From contig DASTOB010000127.1 of assembly GCA_035720425.1 (NCBI GenBank), positions 2,368-66,367 of the forward strand: 64,000 bases of DNA, written 5' to 3'. Position numbers and translations under genes: made by a program. The stretch comes from Candidatus Limnocylindrales bacterium. Its GTDB lineage: Bacteria > Chloroflexota > Limnocylindria > Limnocylindrales > CSP1-4. The first letter of the stretch is position 1. Every line of letters begins with the position of its first letter. The notes below the pieces were generated by a model that was not told the origin of the DNA, did no database searches, and worked only from the letters and a program-made list of their open reading frames with translations. Positions 52,004 to 62,688 of the stretch are shown piece after piece.

Positions 52004-53833
52004 ATGCGAAAGAGGCTATTTGGCCTGCTCGCGAGCACGGCGATCGTGTTTGCGGCCTGTGGAGGCGCGACGTCACCGTCGCCGTCCTCGCCAGGAACGT
52101 CCGATGCACCGCCGCCCAGCGAGCCCACGGTGACGGAGCCGCCGGCAAGCGCTGAGGATCTCCTGTTCTCCGTCGACTACGAGCCCGTCGAGGGCCAGGC
52201 CGGCGGATCGGCTGTCATCGGCGAGTGGCAGGCCGTCGCCAACCTCAACAGCTACTACGACAACTCGTTCACGACGAGCCAGGTCCTCGCCGCCACGATG
52301 CGTGGCCTGTGGCTCACCTCGTCGTCCGGCCACTGGAAGCCGGACCTCGCGGCGAAGATGCCGAAGTTCAGCGACGAGTCGATCCGCCAGAACGACGACG
52401 GCTCGTTCGAAGTCGACCTCGAGCTCCGCTCCGGCCTGAAGTGGTCGGACGGCACGGACCTCACCCTCAATGACCTGCGGTACACCTGGGAGTGGGTCCT
52501 CGATCCGGACCAGGTTGGCCTCGTGTCCGGCACGACCGGCTGGGAGGACATCTCCGAGATCGAGGTCAGCTCCGACGGCCTGAGCGCGACGGTCTTCTTC
52601 GACAAGGCCTACGCGGGCTTCTACGGCCTGCTCGGCCAGTGGTTCGTTCCGGAGCACTACTTCAGCGAGATCCCGGTCTCCGAGGCGGCCACGACGTCGA
52701 TGCCGGTCAGCCCGGCCATCGCCGATGTTCCGACCTCCGGCCCGTATCAGTTCGTCAGCGCGTCGCCGAACGGCGTCGAGCTCGAGCGCAACGAGAACTG
52801 GGTCGGCGGCTCGTTCGACCAGGGCGCCTACCTCGACAGCGTCACCTTCCAGTACTACGCCGACAAGGACGGCATGATCGCCGCGTTCCTCGCCGGCGAC
52901 CTCGACGTCGCCCTCGACATGACCGCTGCCGACTACGCGTCGATCCAGAACGTCGATCCCTCGATCGGCGAGCCGCTCATCGAGCCGGCTTGGCTGTACG
53001 AGCACCTGGACATGAACCAGGGCCCGAACGGCCACCCGATGCTGGCCGACGTGAACGTCCGCAAGGCGATCTACCAGGCGATCGACCGAAGCGACCTGTA
53101 CGCGACCCTGTTCCCGGGCTATCCGGTCCCGGATCCGCCCGCCTGCTCGCCCGCTCCCCCCGGCACGTACTGGCGTGACGCGGAGCTCGAGTGCCCGCCG
53201 TTCGATGCGGACGCAGCAGCCGCTGCGCTCGAGGCCGCCGGCTGGACGGACTCGAACGGCGACGGCACGATCGACAAGGACGGCCGCGAGGCGGTCCTCG
53301 AGGCGTGCACGAGCGCCGGCAACCCCACTCGCCAGCTGACGCTGGAGAAGGTGTCCGGCTACCTCGCCGACGTCGGGATCACGATCAACATCACCCTCGC
53401 CGATGCGGCGAGCGTGTACTTCGCCGGCTGGAACGACACCACGCCGGACACGAAGTGCAGCATCTACCGCGGGACGTATGACCTCGCGCTGTTCGCGTGG
53501 GTCCTCACGTTCGACCTGTTCGGCAACTACTTCTACAGCTATCACACGGACCAGTGGCCGGATAACGAGCCGCACGACGGTGGCAACACCTCGCGCTTCT
53601 CGCACCCGGACATGGACGAGGCGCTCGAGACGCTCCGCGACTCGATCAACACCGAGGACCAGATCGTCGCGGTCCAGGTCGTCCAGCAGATCTACGTCGA
53701 CCAGATCGCCGAGATCCCGCTGTACTACCGCCAGGAGTCCCGCGGCAAGTCCGTTCGGCTCCAGAACTTCTTCAAGAACCCGGGCACCGCGTCCGACATG
53801 TGGAACATCGAGGACTGGTGGATCCAGGAGTAG
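52004..53833 (+). CDS. ABC transporter substrate-binding lipoprotein, family 5 (peptide/nickel, Opp/Dpp type)
   Basis: ATG behind GGAGGAG. Lipobox FAAC. Family-5 SBP similarity over the full length. Confidence 0.9.
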   Translation: MRKRLFGLLASTAIVFAACGGATSPSPSSPGTSDAPPPSEPTVTEPPASAEDLLFSVDYEPVEGQAGGSAVIGEWQAVANLNSYYDNSFTTSQVLAATMRGLWLTSSSGHWKPDLAAKMPKFSDESIRQNDDGSFEVDLELRSGLKWSDGTDLTLNDLRYTWEWVLDPDQVGLVSGTTGWEDISEIEVSSDGLSATVFFDKAYAGFYGLLGQWFVPEHYFSEIPVSEAATTSMPVSPAIADVPTSGPYQFVSASPNGVELERNENWVGGSFDQGAYLDSVTFQYYADKDGMIAAFLAGDLDVALDMTAADYASIQNVDPSIGEPLIEPAWLYEHLDMNQGPNGHPMLADVNVRKAIYQAIDRSDLYATLFPGYPVPDPPACSPAPPGTYWRDAELECPPFDADAAAAALEAAGWTDSNGDGTIDKDGREAVLEACTSAGNPTRQLTLEKVSGYLADVGITINITLADAASVYFAGWNDTTPDTKCSIYRGTYDLALFAWVLTFDLFGNYFYSYHTDQWPDNEPHDGGNTSRFSHPDMDEALETLRDSINTEDQIVAVQVVQQIYVDQIAEIPLYYRQESRGKSVRLQNFFKNPGTASDMWNIEDWWIQE

Positions 53834-53882
53834 CACGGACGGAGTTCGGCACCGGCCTCGCCGGCGCCTGAACGAACGACCG

Positions 53883-53914
53883 GCTGCGGGACGGGCATAT
53901 GCCCGTCCCGCAGC
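53883..53914 (+). other. 32-nt perfect palindrome (intercistronic stem-loop after the binding-protein gene)
   Basis: GCTGCGGGACGGGCAT|ATGCCCGTCCCGCAGC between the SBP stop codon and the first permease gene. Confidence 0.7.
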
Positions 53915-53965
53915 GAATCAGCCGGGAATCGTCAACCAGCTAGCGGAGTACGGTGGACCGGAGCC

Positions 53966-55069
53966 ATGTCCAAGTACATCATCCGCCGCGTCATCGGGCT
54001 GATCCCCCTGCTCTTCGGAATCATCCTGGTCAGCTTCTTCCTCATGAAGCTTGCCCCGGGCGGTCCCCAAGCGCAGTTCAACCAGAATCCGCGCGTCACC
54101 GAGGCCCAGATCGATGTCTGGCTCAAGCGATGGTGCCTCGAGCGCGAGTCGACGCCGCTGTCCGTCATTCGCGAGTTCGGCGGCTGGCTCGGCGTCTACA
54201 ACTGCACCACGGAGAGTCTGCTCAGCGAATCGGGCGGCCTGAACTTCCTGCCGGCCGCGCTCGGTGGGGGTGACAACGGGATCCTCCACGGCGACCTGGG
54301 CCTGTCGATCAAGGCGGGCCGGCCGGTCACCGACATGATCACCGAGCGGATACCCGCGACGCTCCTGCTGACGATCACGGCGCTCGTGATCTGGGTCTTC
54401 CTGGCTGTCGTCCTCGGCGTCATCGCGGCGGTCAAACGCTACTCGGTCTTCGACCAGACCCTGACCTTCTTCAGCTACGTCTTCTACTCGCTGCCCACGT
54501 TCTGGCTCGGGCTCATGTTCATCTTCGTTTTTGCCGTGCTCCTCAGATGGCTGCCGCCGCAGGGCATCGTCACGCCCCGCGAATGGCCGCCGTTCAACTC
54601 CGAGAACTACTGGGCCGCATTCGGTGCCGCACCGCTCGATGCGATCCTCGACATCGGCAAGCACATGATCCTGCCGGTCCTCGTGCTCGTGCTCGTGAGC
54701 ATCGCCGCGGACAGCCGGTTCGTGCGGGCGAGCATGCTCGAGACGCTCAACCAGGACTACGTCCGGACCGCCCGCGCCAAGGGCCTGCCGAAGCGCAAGG
54801 TGTACATGAAGCACGCCTTCCGCAACGCGATGCTGCCGGTGGTGACGAACGTCGGCCTCGAGCTGCCGTTCCTGTTCAGCGGGGCGATCGTGACCGAGAC
54901 GATCTTCTCGTGGCAGGGCATGGGCCTGCTGTTCATTACCGGGGTCAACGACCGCGACTACTTCATCCTCATGGGCCTCATCCTCATCACGTCGACGCTC
55001 GTCGTCGTGTTCAACCTGGTCGCCGACGTCGTCTATGCTGTCGTCGACCCGCGTATCCGGTACGACTGA
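53966..55069 (+). CDS. ABC transporter permease (OppB/DppB type)
   Basis: MSKYIIRRVIGLIPLLFGIILVSFFLM N-terminus and the EAA-loop region (DYVRTARAKGLPKRKVYMKHAFRNA). Confidence 0.9.
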   Translation: MSKYIIRRVIGLIPLLFGIILVSFFLMKLAPGGPQAQFNQNPRVTEAQIDVWLKRWCLERESTPLSVIREFGGWLGVYNCTTESLLSESGGLNFLPAALGGGDNGILHGDLGLSIKAGRPVTDMITERIPATLLLTITALVIWVFLAVVLGVIAAVKRYSVFDQTLTFFSYVFYSLPTFWLGLMFIFVFAVLLRWLPPQGIVTPREWPPFNSENYWAAFGAAPLDAILDIGKHMILPVLVLVLVSIAADSRFVRASMLETLNQDYVRTARAKGLPKRKVYMKHAFRNAMLPVVTNVGLELPFLFSGAIVTETIFSWQGMGLLFITGVNDRDYFILMGLILITSTLVVVFNLVADVVYAVVDPRIRYD

Positions 55070-55075
55070 GGCCGC

Positions 55076-56050
55076 ATGTCCGAGTACAACCGCGCACTCG
55101 AACCGACCGCCCAGCCTGCGCCGCGCGTCGCCGCCGCCGAGGAGGAGGGCGGCGGCGGCGGCGACTACGAGGTCAGCCTCGAGTCGCTCAACCAGTGGCA
55201 GCTGGCGTGGCGGCGGTTCAAGCGCCACCGCCTCGCCCTGATCGGCGCGGGCGTCCTGCTCGTGATGGTCTCGATGGCCATTCTCGGTCCGATCATCTGG
55301 CCGTACGACCCGACGCGCATCCCGGGCGTCAGCCAGCCCGGTGGCGACCCGCCGACGCTCGAATCGTTCGACCGGATCTTCGGCACCGACTTCGGCGGGC
55401 GCAGCGTGCTCCAGTTCATCGTCGTCGGCGCGCGCATCTCGGTCGCCGTCGGCTTCTTCACCGCACTCATCGCCACGACGATCGGCGTCACGATCGGCGC
55501 CCTCGCCGGCTACTTCGGCGGTCGGGTCGACAACGTGCTCATGCGCTTCGTCGACCTCTTGCTCGCGATCCCGTTCCTGTTCGTCATCCTCGTCGCCGCC
55601 CGGTTCTTCGGCGGCGGCGACCCGGTGACGCTCATCCTCATCTTCGGCCTGCTCTCGTGGCCGGGCCTATCGAGGCTGGTCCGTGCCCTGTTCCTGTCGC
55701 TGCGCGAGGCGGACTTCGTGCAGGCGGCGCGGGCGGTTGGCGTGAGCGACCTGCGGATCACGTTCCGCCACATCCTGCCCAACACGCTCGGTCCGGTCGT
55801 CGTCTCGTCGACGCTGATCCTGGCCAACGCGATCGTGCTCGAGGCGTTCGTGAGCTTCCTCAACTTCGGCATCCGGGCGACGGACGTCAGCTGGGGCAAC
55901 GCGCTGTCGAACTCAAAGGGCTTTCTCCTGCAGGGCAACTGGTGGTGGCCGTTCTTCCCCGGCATGGTCCTGGCCATGACGGTCATCGCGGTCAATTTCC
56001 TCGGCGACGGCCTGCGCGACGCACTCGACCCGCGGTCCAAGGAATCCTGA
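55076..56050 (+). CDS. ABC transporter permease (OppC/DppC type)
   Basis: OppC-type topology and motif ([24 protein letters not shown]). Confidence 0.9.
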   Translation: MSEYNRALEPTAQPAPRVAAAEEEGGGGGDYEVSLESLNQWQLAWRRFKRHRLALIGAGVLLVMVSMAILGPIIWPYDPTRIPGVSQPGGDPPTLESFDRIFGTDFGGRSVLQFIVVGARISVAVGFFTALIATTIGVTIGALAGYFGGRVDNVLMRFVDLLLAIPFLFVILVAARFFGGGDPVTLILIFGLLSWPGLSRLVRALFLSLREADFVQAARAVGVSDLRITFRHILPNTLGPVVVSSTLILANAIVLEAFVSFLNFGIRATDVSWGNALSNSKGFLLQGNWWWPFFPGMVLAMTVIAVNFLGDGLRDALDPRSKES

Positions 56051-56054
56051 CGAG

Positions 56055-57128
56055 GTGACGACGACCTACTCCAGCGGGGTGGCCGGAAGCCGCCCGCCGG
56101 CGAGCGACGTCCTGCTCGAGATCCGTGACCTGCGGACCCACTTCCACGTGATGGACGGCGTCGTCAAGGCCGTCGACGGGGTCAGCTTCGGGATCCGGCA
56201 GGGCGAGACCCTCGGCGTCGTCGGGGAGTCCGGCTGCGGCAAGAGCGTCACCGCGCTCACGATCATGCGTCTGCTCGACACGCCGCCGGCCGAGATCGAC
56301 CCGGACAGCGAGATCTGGTTCAACGGTCGCAACCTGCTCACCCTCTCGGAGGAGCAGATGCGCGCCGTCCGGGGCAACGACATCGCGATGATCTTCCAGG
56401 AGCCGATGACGAGCCTCAACCCGGTCTACACGGTGGGCGACCAGATCGCCGAGGCGGTATCGCTCCACCAGCGGCTGTCGCCGAAGGCAGCCTGGGAGAA
56501 GGCGGTCGATTCCCTCAAGGCGGTTGGCATCAACACGCCCGAACGACGGGCCAAGCAGTATCCCCACGAGCTGTCCGGCGGGATGCGCCAGCGCGTGATG
56601 ATCGCGATGGCCCTGTCGTGCGACCCGAAGCTGCTCATCGCCGACGAGCCGACGACGGCGCGCGACGTGACGAACCAGGCCCAGATCCTCGAGCTCATCC
56701 GCAAGGTCCAGGATGAGACCGGGGCCGCCCTCATGCTCATCACCCACGACCTTGGGGTGGTGGCCGAGACGGTCAAGGACGTCGTGGTCATGTACGCCGG
56801 GCGGGTCGTCGAGACGGGCACCGTCGACGACGTGCTCATGTCGCCGAAGCACCCGTACACGGAGGGGCTCATCGCGTCGATCCCGTCGAAGGAGAAGCGC
56901 GGCGAGCGACTCAACGTCATCCGCGGCACGGTGCCGAACCCGTTCAACATGCCGGTCGGCTGCAACTTCGCACCGCGCTGCCCGTATCGCTTCGGGCCAT
57001 GCGCCGACCATGACCCGCGGATCGAGGACGCCAGCCCGCCGGACGTCGCGTGCTGGCTCTACACGCCGGCCCCGGGCAGCCCGGTTCCGCCACGCACGCG
57101 CGCCCGTTCGACCGGCAGCACGACCTGA
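56055..57128 (+). CDS. ABC transporter ATP-binding protein (OppD/DppD type)
   Basis: Walker A GESGCGKS, signature LSGGMRQR, and an oligopeptide-type C-terminal Cys-containing domain. Confidence 0.9.
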   Translation: MTTTYSSGVAGSRPPASDVLLEIRDLRTHFHVMDGVVKAVDGVSFGIRQGETLGVVGESGCGKSVTALTIMRLLDTPPAEIDPDSEIWFNGRNLLTLSEEQMRAVRGNDIAMIFQEPMTSLNPVYTVGDQIAEAVSLHQRLSPKAAWEKAVDSLKAVGINTPERRAKQYPHELSGGMRQRVMIAMALSCDPKLLIADEPTTARDVTNQAQILELIRKVQDETGAALMLITHDLGVVAETVKDVVVMYAGRVVETGTVDDVLMSPKHPYTEGLIASIPSKEKRGERLNVIRGTVPNPFNMPVGCNFAPRCPYRFGPCADHDPRIEDASPPDVACWLYTPAPGSPVPPRTRARSTGSTT

Positions 57129-57191
57129 TCGCGGCAGGACGAACCTGACCGCCGAGCCACGACCGATACCGTCAGAGGGACCGCCCAGCCG

Positions 57192-58322
57192 ATGACCGAG
57201 CCGATGACGACCGACGACACCCTTCCGCCGCCGACCGCGGCCGCCCAGCCGCGCGAGCCGCTCGTCGAGATCCGGGATCTCGTCAAGTACTACCCGATCC
57301 GCGGCGGGATCCTCCGTCGCAAGCTCGGCGACGTGAAGGCCGTCGACGGCGTGTCCTTCGACGTCCTCCGCGGCGAGGTCTTCGGGCTCGTCGGCGAGTC
57401 CGGCTGCGGCAAGTCGACCCTCGGCAAGACGCTGATCCGACTCCAGCCGCCCACGTCGGGCTCGGCGGCGATCGGCGGCGAACCGATCTTCGACAAGAAG
57501 GGCGCGGACCTTAAGCGCCTCCGGCGCCGGATGCAGATCATCTTCCAGGACCCGGTCGGCTCGCTCAATCCGCGCATGCCGGTCAGCGACATCATCGGCG
57601 AGGGCCTGCTCGCGCAGGCGGACGCGGAGAACAACTGGGGTACCCGCAAGGTCCGCGACGCGCGGGTCGGGGACTACCTCGAGGCGGTCGGCCTGCGGCG
57701 CGACTACGCCCGCCGCTATCCGCACGAGTTTTCCGGCGGCCAGCGCCAGCGGATCGGGATCGCCCGGGCTCTGGCTCTCGATCCGGATTTCGTGGTGTGC
57801 GACGAGCCCGTGTCGGCCCTCGACGTGTCGATCCAGAGCCAGATCCTCAACCTGCTCCTCGACCTGCGCGCCCAGTTCGGGCTGACCTACCTGTTCGTCG
57901 CCCACAACCTGTCGGTCGTGCAGTACATCAGCGACCGGGTCGGGGTCATGTACCTCGGCAAGATCGTCGAGCTGGCGACCGTCGAGCAGCTCTACAGCAA
58001 TCCGCGCCACCCGTATTCGATCGCTCTCCTGTCGGCCGTGCCGAATCCGAACCCGCGCATCCGCAAGAAGCGACTCGTCATGAAGGGCGACGTGCCGTCG
58101 CCCGCCGCGCCGCCCTCCGGCTGCCGGTTCCACACGCGATGCTGGCTCCGTGAGCAGCTCGGCAACCCGGAGAACTGCGTGACCGAGGATCCGCCGCTGC
58201 GTGACATCGGCGGCGGGCACCGGACCGCCTGCCACTGGGCGGAGAAGGCAACCGAGGAGGCGGCGGGGACGTTCGCCGCCCGGCAGTCGACGATCGACAC
58301 CGCGGTCGCCGTCGAGGTCTGA
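57192..58322 (+). CDS. ABC transporter ATP-binding protein (OppF/DppF type)
   Basis: Walker [10 protein letters not shown], signature FSGGQRQR, and C-terminal PSGCRFHTRC. Confidence 0.9.
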   Translation: MTEPMTTDDTLPPPTAAAQPREPLVEIRDLVKYYPIRGGILRRKLGDVKAVDGVSFDVLRGEVFGLVGESGCGKSTLGKTLIRLQPPTSGSAAIGGEPIFDKKGADLKRLRRRMQIIFQDPVGSLNPRMPVSDIIGEGLLAQADAENNWGTRKVRDARVGDYLEAVGLRRDYARRYPHEFSGGQRQRIGIARALALDPDFVVCDEPVSALDVSIQSQILNLLLDLRAQFGLTYLFVAHNLSVVQYISDRVGVMYLGKIVELATVEQLYSNPRHPYSIALLSAVPNPNPRIRKKRLVMKGDVPSPAAPPSGCRFHTRCWLREQLGNPENCVTEDPPLRDIGGGHRTACHWAEKATEEAAGTFAARQSTIDTAVAVEV

Positions 58323-58332
58323 CCCGCGCTGG

Positions 58333-58372
58333 CCGCCGGGATCCCTACCCGACCGCCGGGATCCCTACCCGA
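58333..58372. repeat. perfect 20-bp tandem duplication (CCGCCGGGATCCCTACCCGA x2) at the convergent operon junction
   Basis: Read directly from the sequence. The second copy contains the stop codon of the minus-strand ATPase gene (58365-58367). Confidence 0.9.
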
Positions 58373-59450
58373 CCGGCGCCCCGGTCTCGCGCCGCGCCCC
58401 GTCCTCGCGAGCCTCCCGCATCCGCGTTTCCCCGTCGGGCCCCCGGAAGTGACACGCGCACGCGTGGTCGGGATGGTCGGCGCCGAGCGGGGCGAGCTCC
58501 GGCACCTCCCGGGCGCAGATGGCCGGCCCGCCGAGCTCCGCCCGGAGCTGGCAGCGCGGGTGGAAGCGGCAGCCGGCCGGCGGGTTGACCGGTGAAGGCA
58601 CGTCGCCGCGCAGGATGACCCGCTGCCGGCGCAACTCCGGGTTCGGGATCGGGATCGCCGACATGAGCGCCTGGGTGTACGGGTGCTCGGGGTCGCGGAA
58701 CAGCTCGCGCCGCTCGGCGATCTCGGCGATCCGCCCGAGATACATGACCGCCACGCGGTCGCTGATGTGCTCGACCACGCCCATGTTGTGGGCGATGAAC
58801 ACGTACGTCAGCCCGAGCTCGCGCTGGAGCGACTTGAGCAGGTTGAGCACCTGCGCCTGGATCGACACGTCGAGCGCGGACACGGGCTCGTCGCACACGA
58901 CGAGATCGGGCTCGAGCACGAGCGCCCGGGCGATCCCGATCCGCTGACGCTGGCCGCCGGAGAACTCGTGCGGGTAGCGCCGTGCGTGGTACGGCGCGAG
59001 GCCCACGAGGTCCATCATCCGGCGGACCTTGTCGCGGCGCTCCGCGGGCGTCCCGACGCCGTGGATCCGGAGGCCCTCGCCGATGCTGTCGCCGATCGGC
59101 GTGCGCGGATCGAGCGAGGCGTACGGGTCCTGGAAGATGATCTGCATCCGGCGGCGGTACGGCTTGAGCGCGCGACCGGGGAGCCGGGTGATATCGACCC
59201 CGTCGAAGCGGATCGTGCCGGCGGTCGGCTCGATGAGCCGGAGCAGGAGCCGGCCGACGGTCGTCTTGCCGCAGCCCGACTCTCCCACCAGCCCGAGCGT
59301 CTCGCCGCGCCGGATGTCGAACGACACCCCATCGACCGCCTGGACGACGGCGACCGTGCGCGACAGCACCCCGCCGCGGATCGGGAAGTGCTTGACGAGG
59401 TCGCGGACCTCGACGAGCGGGTGGGTGCCGGCCTCGGCGCGGGTCGTCAT
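58365..59450 (-). CDS. ABC transporter ATP-binding protein (OppF/DppF type)
   Basis: Walker [10 protein letters not shown], signature FSGGQRQR, and C-terminal [10 protein letters not shown]. Confidence 0.9.
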   Translation of the reverse strand: MTTRAEAGTHPLVEVRDLVKHFPIRGGVLSRTVAVVQAVDGVSFDIRRGETLGLVGESGCGKTTVGRLLLRLIEPTAGTIRFDGVDITRLPGRALKPYRRRMQIIFQDPYASLDPRTPIGDSIGEGLRIHGVGTPAERRDKVRRMMDLVGLAPYHARRYPHEFSGGQRQRIGIARALVLEPDLVVCDEPVSALDVSIQAQVLNLLKSLQRELGLTYVFIAHNMGVVEHISDRVAVMYLGRIAEIAERRELFRDPEHPYTQALMSAIPIPNPELRRQRVILRGDVPSPVNPPAGCRFHPRCQLRAELGGPAICAREVPELAPLGADHPDHACACHFRGPDGETRMREAREDGARRETGAPVG

Positions 59451-60592
59451 CGGGCGTCGTCCAGGGCGAGGTCCGGCGGGTTCGGCATCGGGTGGCCGGC
59501 CGCGTCGTGGTAGAGCCAGCAGCGCACGTCGTGGCCGGTTTCGACCGGAAGGAGGCTGGGATGCACGTCAAGGGCGATCGCGACGTCGTGCGTGACCCGG
59601 GCGGCGCAGCGTGGCGCGAAGCGGCAGCCCCGGGGCAGGTCGATGAGGTTCGGCACGTTGCCCGGGATGACCGACAGCGCCTCACGCAGGTCGCCGACCA
59701 CCGGAATCGACCCGATCAGGCCACGCGTGTACGGATGGAGCGGCCGCCGGAACAGCGTCGTCACGTCGGTCTGCTCGACGATCTCGCCGGCGTACATGAC
59801 GGCGACCCGGTCGCACGTCTCGGCCACGACACCGAGGTCGTGGGTGATGAGGATGACCGCGGTGCCGGTCTCGTCTCGGAGGTTTCGGATGAGGTCGAGG
59901 ATCTGCGCCTGGATCGTCACGTCGAGCGCGGTCGTCGGCTCGTCGGCGATGAGCAGCTCCGGCTCGCAGGCGAGGGCCATCGCGATCATGACGCGCTGGG
60001 CCATGCCACCGGACAGCTCGTGTGGGTAGGCGCGCAGGCGCCGCTCCGGATCCGGAATGCCGACCATCTTGAGCAGCTCCGTCGCCCGTCCGCGAGCGGC
60101 ACGACGGCTCATGTTCCGGTGCAGCTCGAGCACCTCGCCGATCTGTCGGCCGACATCCCAGACCGGGTTGAGCGACGATGTCGGCTGCTGGAAGATCATC
60201 GTGATCTGGCTGCCCCGCAGGCGCCGCATCTGGTCCGCCCGGAGCGTGAGGAGGTCCTGCCCGTCGAACAGCACCTGGCCCGCCTCGATCCGCCCGGGCG
60301 AGGCGATGAGGCGCATGATCGACAGGCTCGTGACGCTCTTGCCGCAGCCGGACTCGCCGACGAGACCCATGATCTCGCCGCGGTCGACCGAGAAGTCGAT
60401 GCCGTCGACCGCCCGGACCACGCCGTCTCGGGTGTGGAACGACGTCTGGAGGCCGCGGACCTCGAGCAGGGGCCGCTCGCCGCGCTCGCGCCGTGGCCGG
60501 CGTGCGGCAGCCGGGACGAGCTCCTCGACGACGGTCTCGTCGAGGGCGGGCCCGAGCGACTGGACGGCGCCGTCGGCCGGCGGGTCGGTCAT
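59447..60592 (-). CDS. ABC transporter ATP-binding protein (OppD/DppD type)
   Basis: ATG 60592 overlaps the upstream permease stop codon (ATGA). Walker A GESGCGKS and signature LSGGMAQR. The rest of the 701-aa ORF-track frame is an off-frame reading of the permease gene. Confidence 0.9.
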   Translation of the reverse strand: MTDPPADGAVQSLGPALDETVVEELVPAAARRPRRERGERPLLEVRGLQTSFHTRDGVVRAVDGIDFSVDRGEIMGLVGESGCGKSVTSLSIMRLIASPGRIEAGQVLFDGQDLLTLRADQMRRLRGSQITMIFQQPTSSLNPVWDVGRQIGEVLELHRNMSRRAARGRATELLKMVGIPDPERRLRAYPHELSGGMAQRVMIAMALACEPELLIADEPTTALDVTIQAQILDLIRNLRDETGTAVILITHDLGVVAETCDRVAVMYAGEIVEQTDVTTLFRRPLHPYTRGLIGSIPVVGDLREALSVIPGNVPNLIDLPRGCRFAPRCAARVTHDVAIALDVHPSLLPVETGHDVRCWLYHDAAGHPMPNPPDLALDDAR

Positions 60593-61530
60593 CGGTTGAG
60601 CCGTGGATCGAGCGCGTCGCGCAGGCCGTCGCCGAGCAGGTTGAAGCCGAGCACGGTGAACGTGATCGCGAGACCCGGGGCGAGGATGATGTGCGGTGCG
60701 TTGAACAGCTGGTTCCGCTCGAGCGCGATCATCGAGCCCCACTCGGGGACGTCGAGCGCGCCGGTCACGCCGACGAACGTGAGGGCGGCGATCTCGAGCA
60801 CCGCGCCGCCGATGCCGAGCGTGCCCTGGACGACGAGCGGGGTGAGCGAGTTCGGCATGATCCGCCGGAGGAGGATCCCGAGCCCCGACTCGCCGAGGGC
60901 GCGCGAGGCCGTCACGTAGTCGCTCTCGCGCGTCGACAGGACGGACGAGCGTACGACGCGCGCATAGACCGGGATCGACACGACGCCGATGGCGATGAGC
61001 GCGTTGATGAGCCCCTGGCCGAGGGCGGTCACGATGGCGATCGCGAGCAGCAGCGACGGGAACGCGAGCAGGACGTCCATGAACCGCATGAGGACGGTGT
61101 CGAGCCAGCCGCCGACGTAGCCGGCGACGGCGCCGATGAGCGTGCCGACGACGATCGCGAAGGTGATCGCCGCCAGGCCGATCGAGAGCGACACGCGGGC
61201 CCCGAAGATGACCCGGCTGTACACGTCGCGGAAGTTGCCGTCCGTCCCGAAGATGTGCTCCGGCTTCGATGGGTCGCAGCCCAGCGCGTGGATGCACGAC
61301 CCGTCCCGCCGCTCTACGCCCGGCTCGATCCCGAGGAGCGGGTCGTTCGGGGGGTGGGTCGCGATGAGCGGCGCGAACACGGCGACGATGACGAGCGTCC
61401 CGAGAATGAGCAGGCCGAGGACCGCGTTGCGCTGGCGGAGGATGCTCCCGAGCGTGTCCCGCCACAGGTTCGCCGGGCGCTCCGTCGCGAGCGTGTCGGC
61501 CCCGGACAGGGGCGCCGCCGGCGCCGTCAT
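60589..61530 (-). CDS. ABC transporter permease (OppC/DppC type)
   Basis: OppC-type sequence (DYVTASRALGESGLGILLRRIMPN). Confidence 0.9.
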   Translation of the reverse strand: MTAPAAPLSGADTLATERPANLWRDTLGSILRQRNAVLGLLILGTLVIVAVFAPLIATHPPNDPLLGIEPGVERRDGSCIHALGCDPSKPEHIFGTDGNFRDVYSRVIFGARVSLSIGLAAITFAIVVGTLIGAVAGYVGGWLDTVLMRFMDVLLAFPSLLLAIAIVTALGQGLINALIAIGVVSIPVYARVVRSSVLSTRESDYVTASRALGESGLGILLRRIMPNSLTPLVVQGTLGIGGAVLEIAALTFVGVTGALDVPEWGSMIALERNQLFNAPHIILAPGLAITFTVLGFNLLGDGLRDALDPRLNR

Positions 61531-62603
61531 CGGGCGCGAACCCGCGGATCAAGGATGCCGTACGAGATGTCGACGATGAGATTCACGAGCACGTAGGCGA
61601 TCGCGATGATGAGCGTGAAGCCCTGGATGACGATGTAGTCCCGGCCGGTGATCGCCTCGAACATCGTTCGCCCGACGCCGGCCAGGTTGAACACGGTCTC
61701 GGTCAGGACCGCCCCGGACAGGAGCGCGCCGAGCTGGAGCCCGATGATCGTCACGACCGGCAGGAGCGCGTTCCGGGCGGCGTGGCGCATGACCACGGTG
61801 CGCTCGCGCAGGCCCTTCGCCCGGGCCGTGCGGACGTAGTCGAGCCCGAGCACTTCGAGCAGGCTCGAGCGGGTGATCCGGGCGACGATGGCAAGCGGGA
61901 TCGTGCCGAGCGCGACGGCCGGCAGGATGAGGTGGCGGACCGCGTCGATCCATGCCTCCCACTGGCCGGTGATGAGCGCGCTGAACGTGTAGATCCCGGA
62001 TACGAAGTCGAGGATCCCTCGCGGCGGTCCCTCGAGGTCCTCCATCCCCCAGACCTCGACGAGCGGCTCGACGAACACGCCGGACGATAGGCGGCCGGAC
62101 GGCGGCAGCGAGAAGGGCGAGTCCTTCAGGACGATCGCGAACAGGAACGCCAGCAGCAGTCCGAGCACGAAGACCGGGATCGACACGCCGAAGTTGGCGA
62201 AGACCATCGTTCCGAGGTCGATCGGAGAGTTCCGCCAGTAGGCGGACAGGAGGCCGAGCGGGATCCCGACCACGATCGCGAAGACGAGCGCCCACAGGGT
62301 CAGCTCGACGGTGGTCGGCAGGCGCTCGACGAGGAGCGTCGTGACGGGGCGGGAGTGCTTGATCGACTCACCGAGGTCGCCGGTCGCGATCTGGCCGAGG
62401 TAAAGCCCGAATTGAACGGGGATCGGCTGGTCGAGGCCGTAGCGGTGGATGAAGTCGTCGCACACTGCGTCGGTCGCCCGCTCGCCGAGGACGGCCCGGC
62501 ACGGGTCGCCGGGGATGATCCGGGCCAGGGCGAACACGATGAACACGATCCCGAACAGGACCGGGATCGTGACGAGCAGGCGGCGGGCGAGGAAGCGGGT
62601 CAC
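61527..62603 (-). CDS. ABC transporter permease (OppB/DppB type)
   Basis: MTRFLARRLLVTIPVLFGIVFIVFAL N-terminus and DYVRTARAKGLRERTVVMRHAARNA. Confidence 0.9.
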   Translation of the reverse strand: MTRFLARRLLVTIPVLFGIVFIVFALARIIPGDPCRAVLGERATDAVCDDFIHRYGLDQPIPVQFGLYLGQIATGDLGESIKHSRPVTTLLVERLPTTVELTLWALVFAIVVGIPLGLLSAYWRNSPIDLGTMVFANFGVSIPVFVLGLLLAFLFAIVLKDSPFSLPPSGRLSSGVFVEPLVEVWGMEDLEGPPRGILDFVSGIYTFSALITGQWEAWIDAVRHLILPAVALGTIPLAIVARITRSSLLEVLGLDYVRTARAKGLRERTVVMRHAARNALLPVVTIIGLQLGALLSGAVLTETVFNLAGVGRTMFEAITGRDYIVIQGFTLIIAIAYVLVNLIVDISYGILDPRVRAR

Positions 62604-62632
62604 CCCTCGGAATCAGCCCCTCGGATGTGGTG

Positions 62633-62665
62633 AGCGGGGGCGCCGCGACTGCGACGCCCCCGCTC
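62633..62665 (-). other. intercistronic stem-loop after the binding-protein gene (GAGCGGGGGCG-11 nt-CGCCCCCGCTC)
   Basis: 11-bp perfect stem between the SBP stop codon (62689) and the permease start (62603). Confidence 0.6.
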
Positions 62666-62688
62666 GCTTTACCGCGTTGAGCGGAGGG

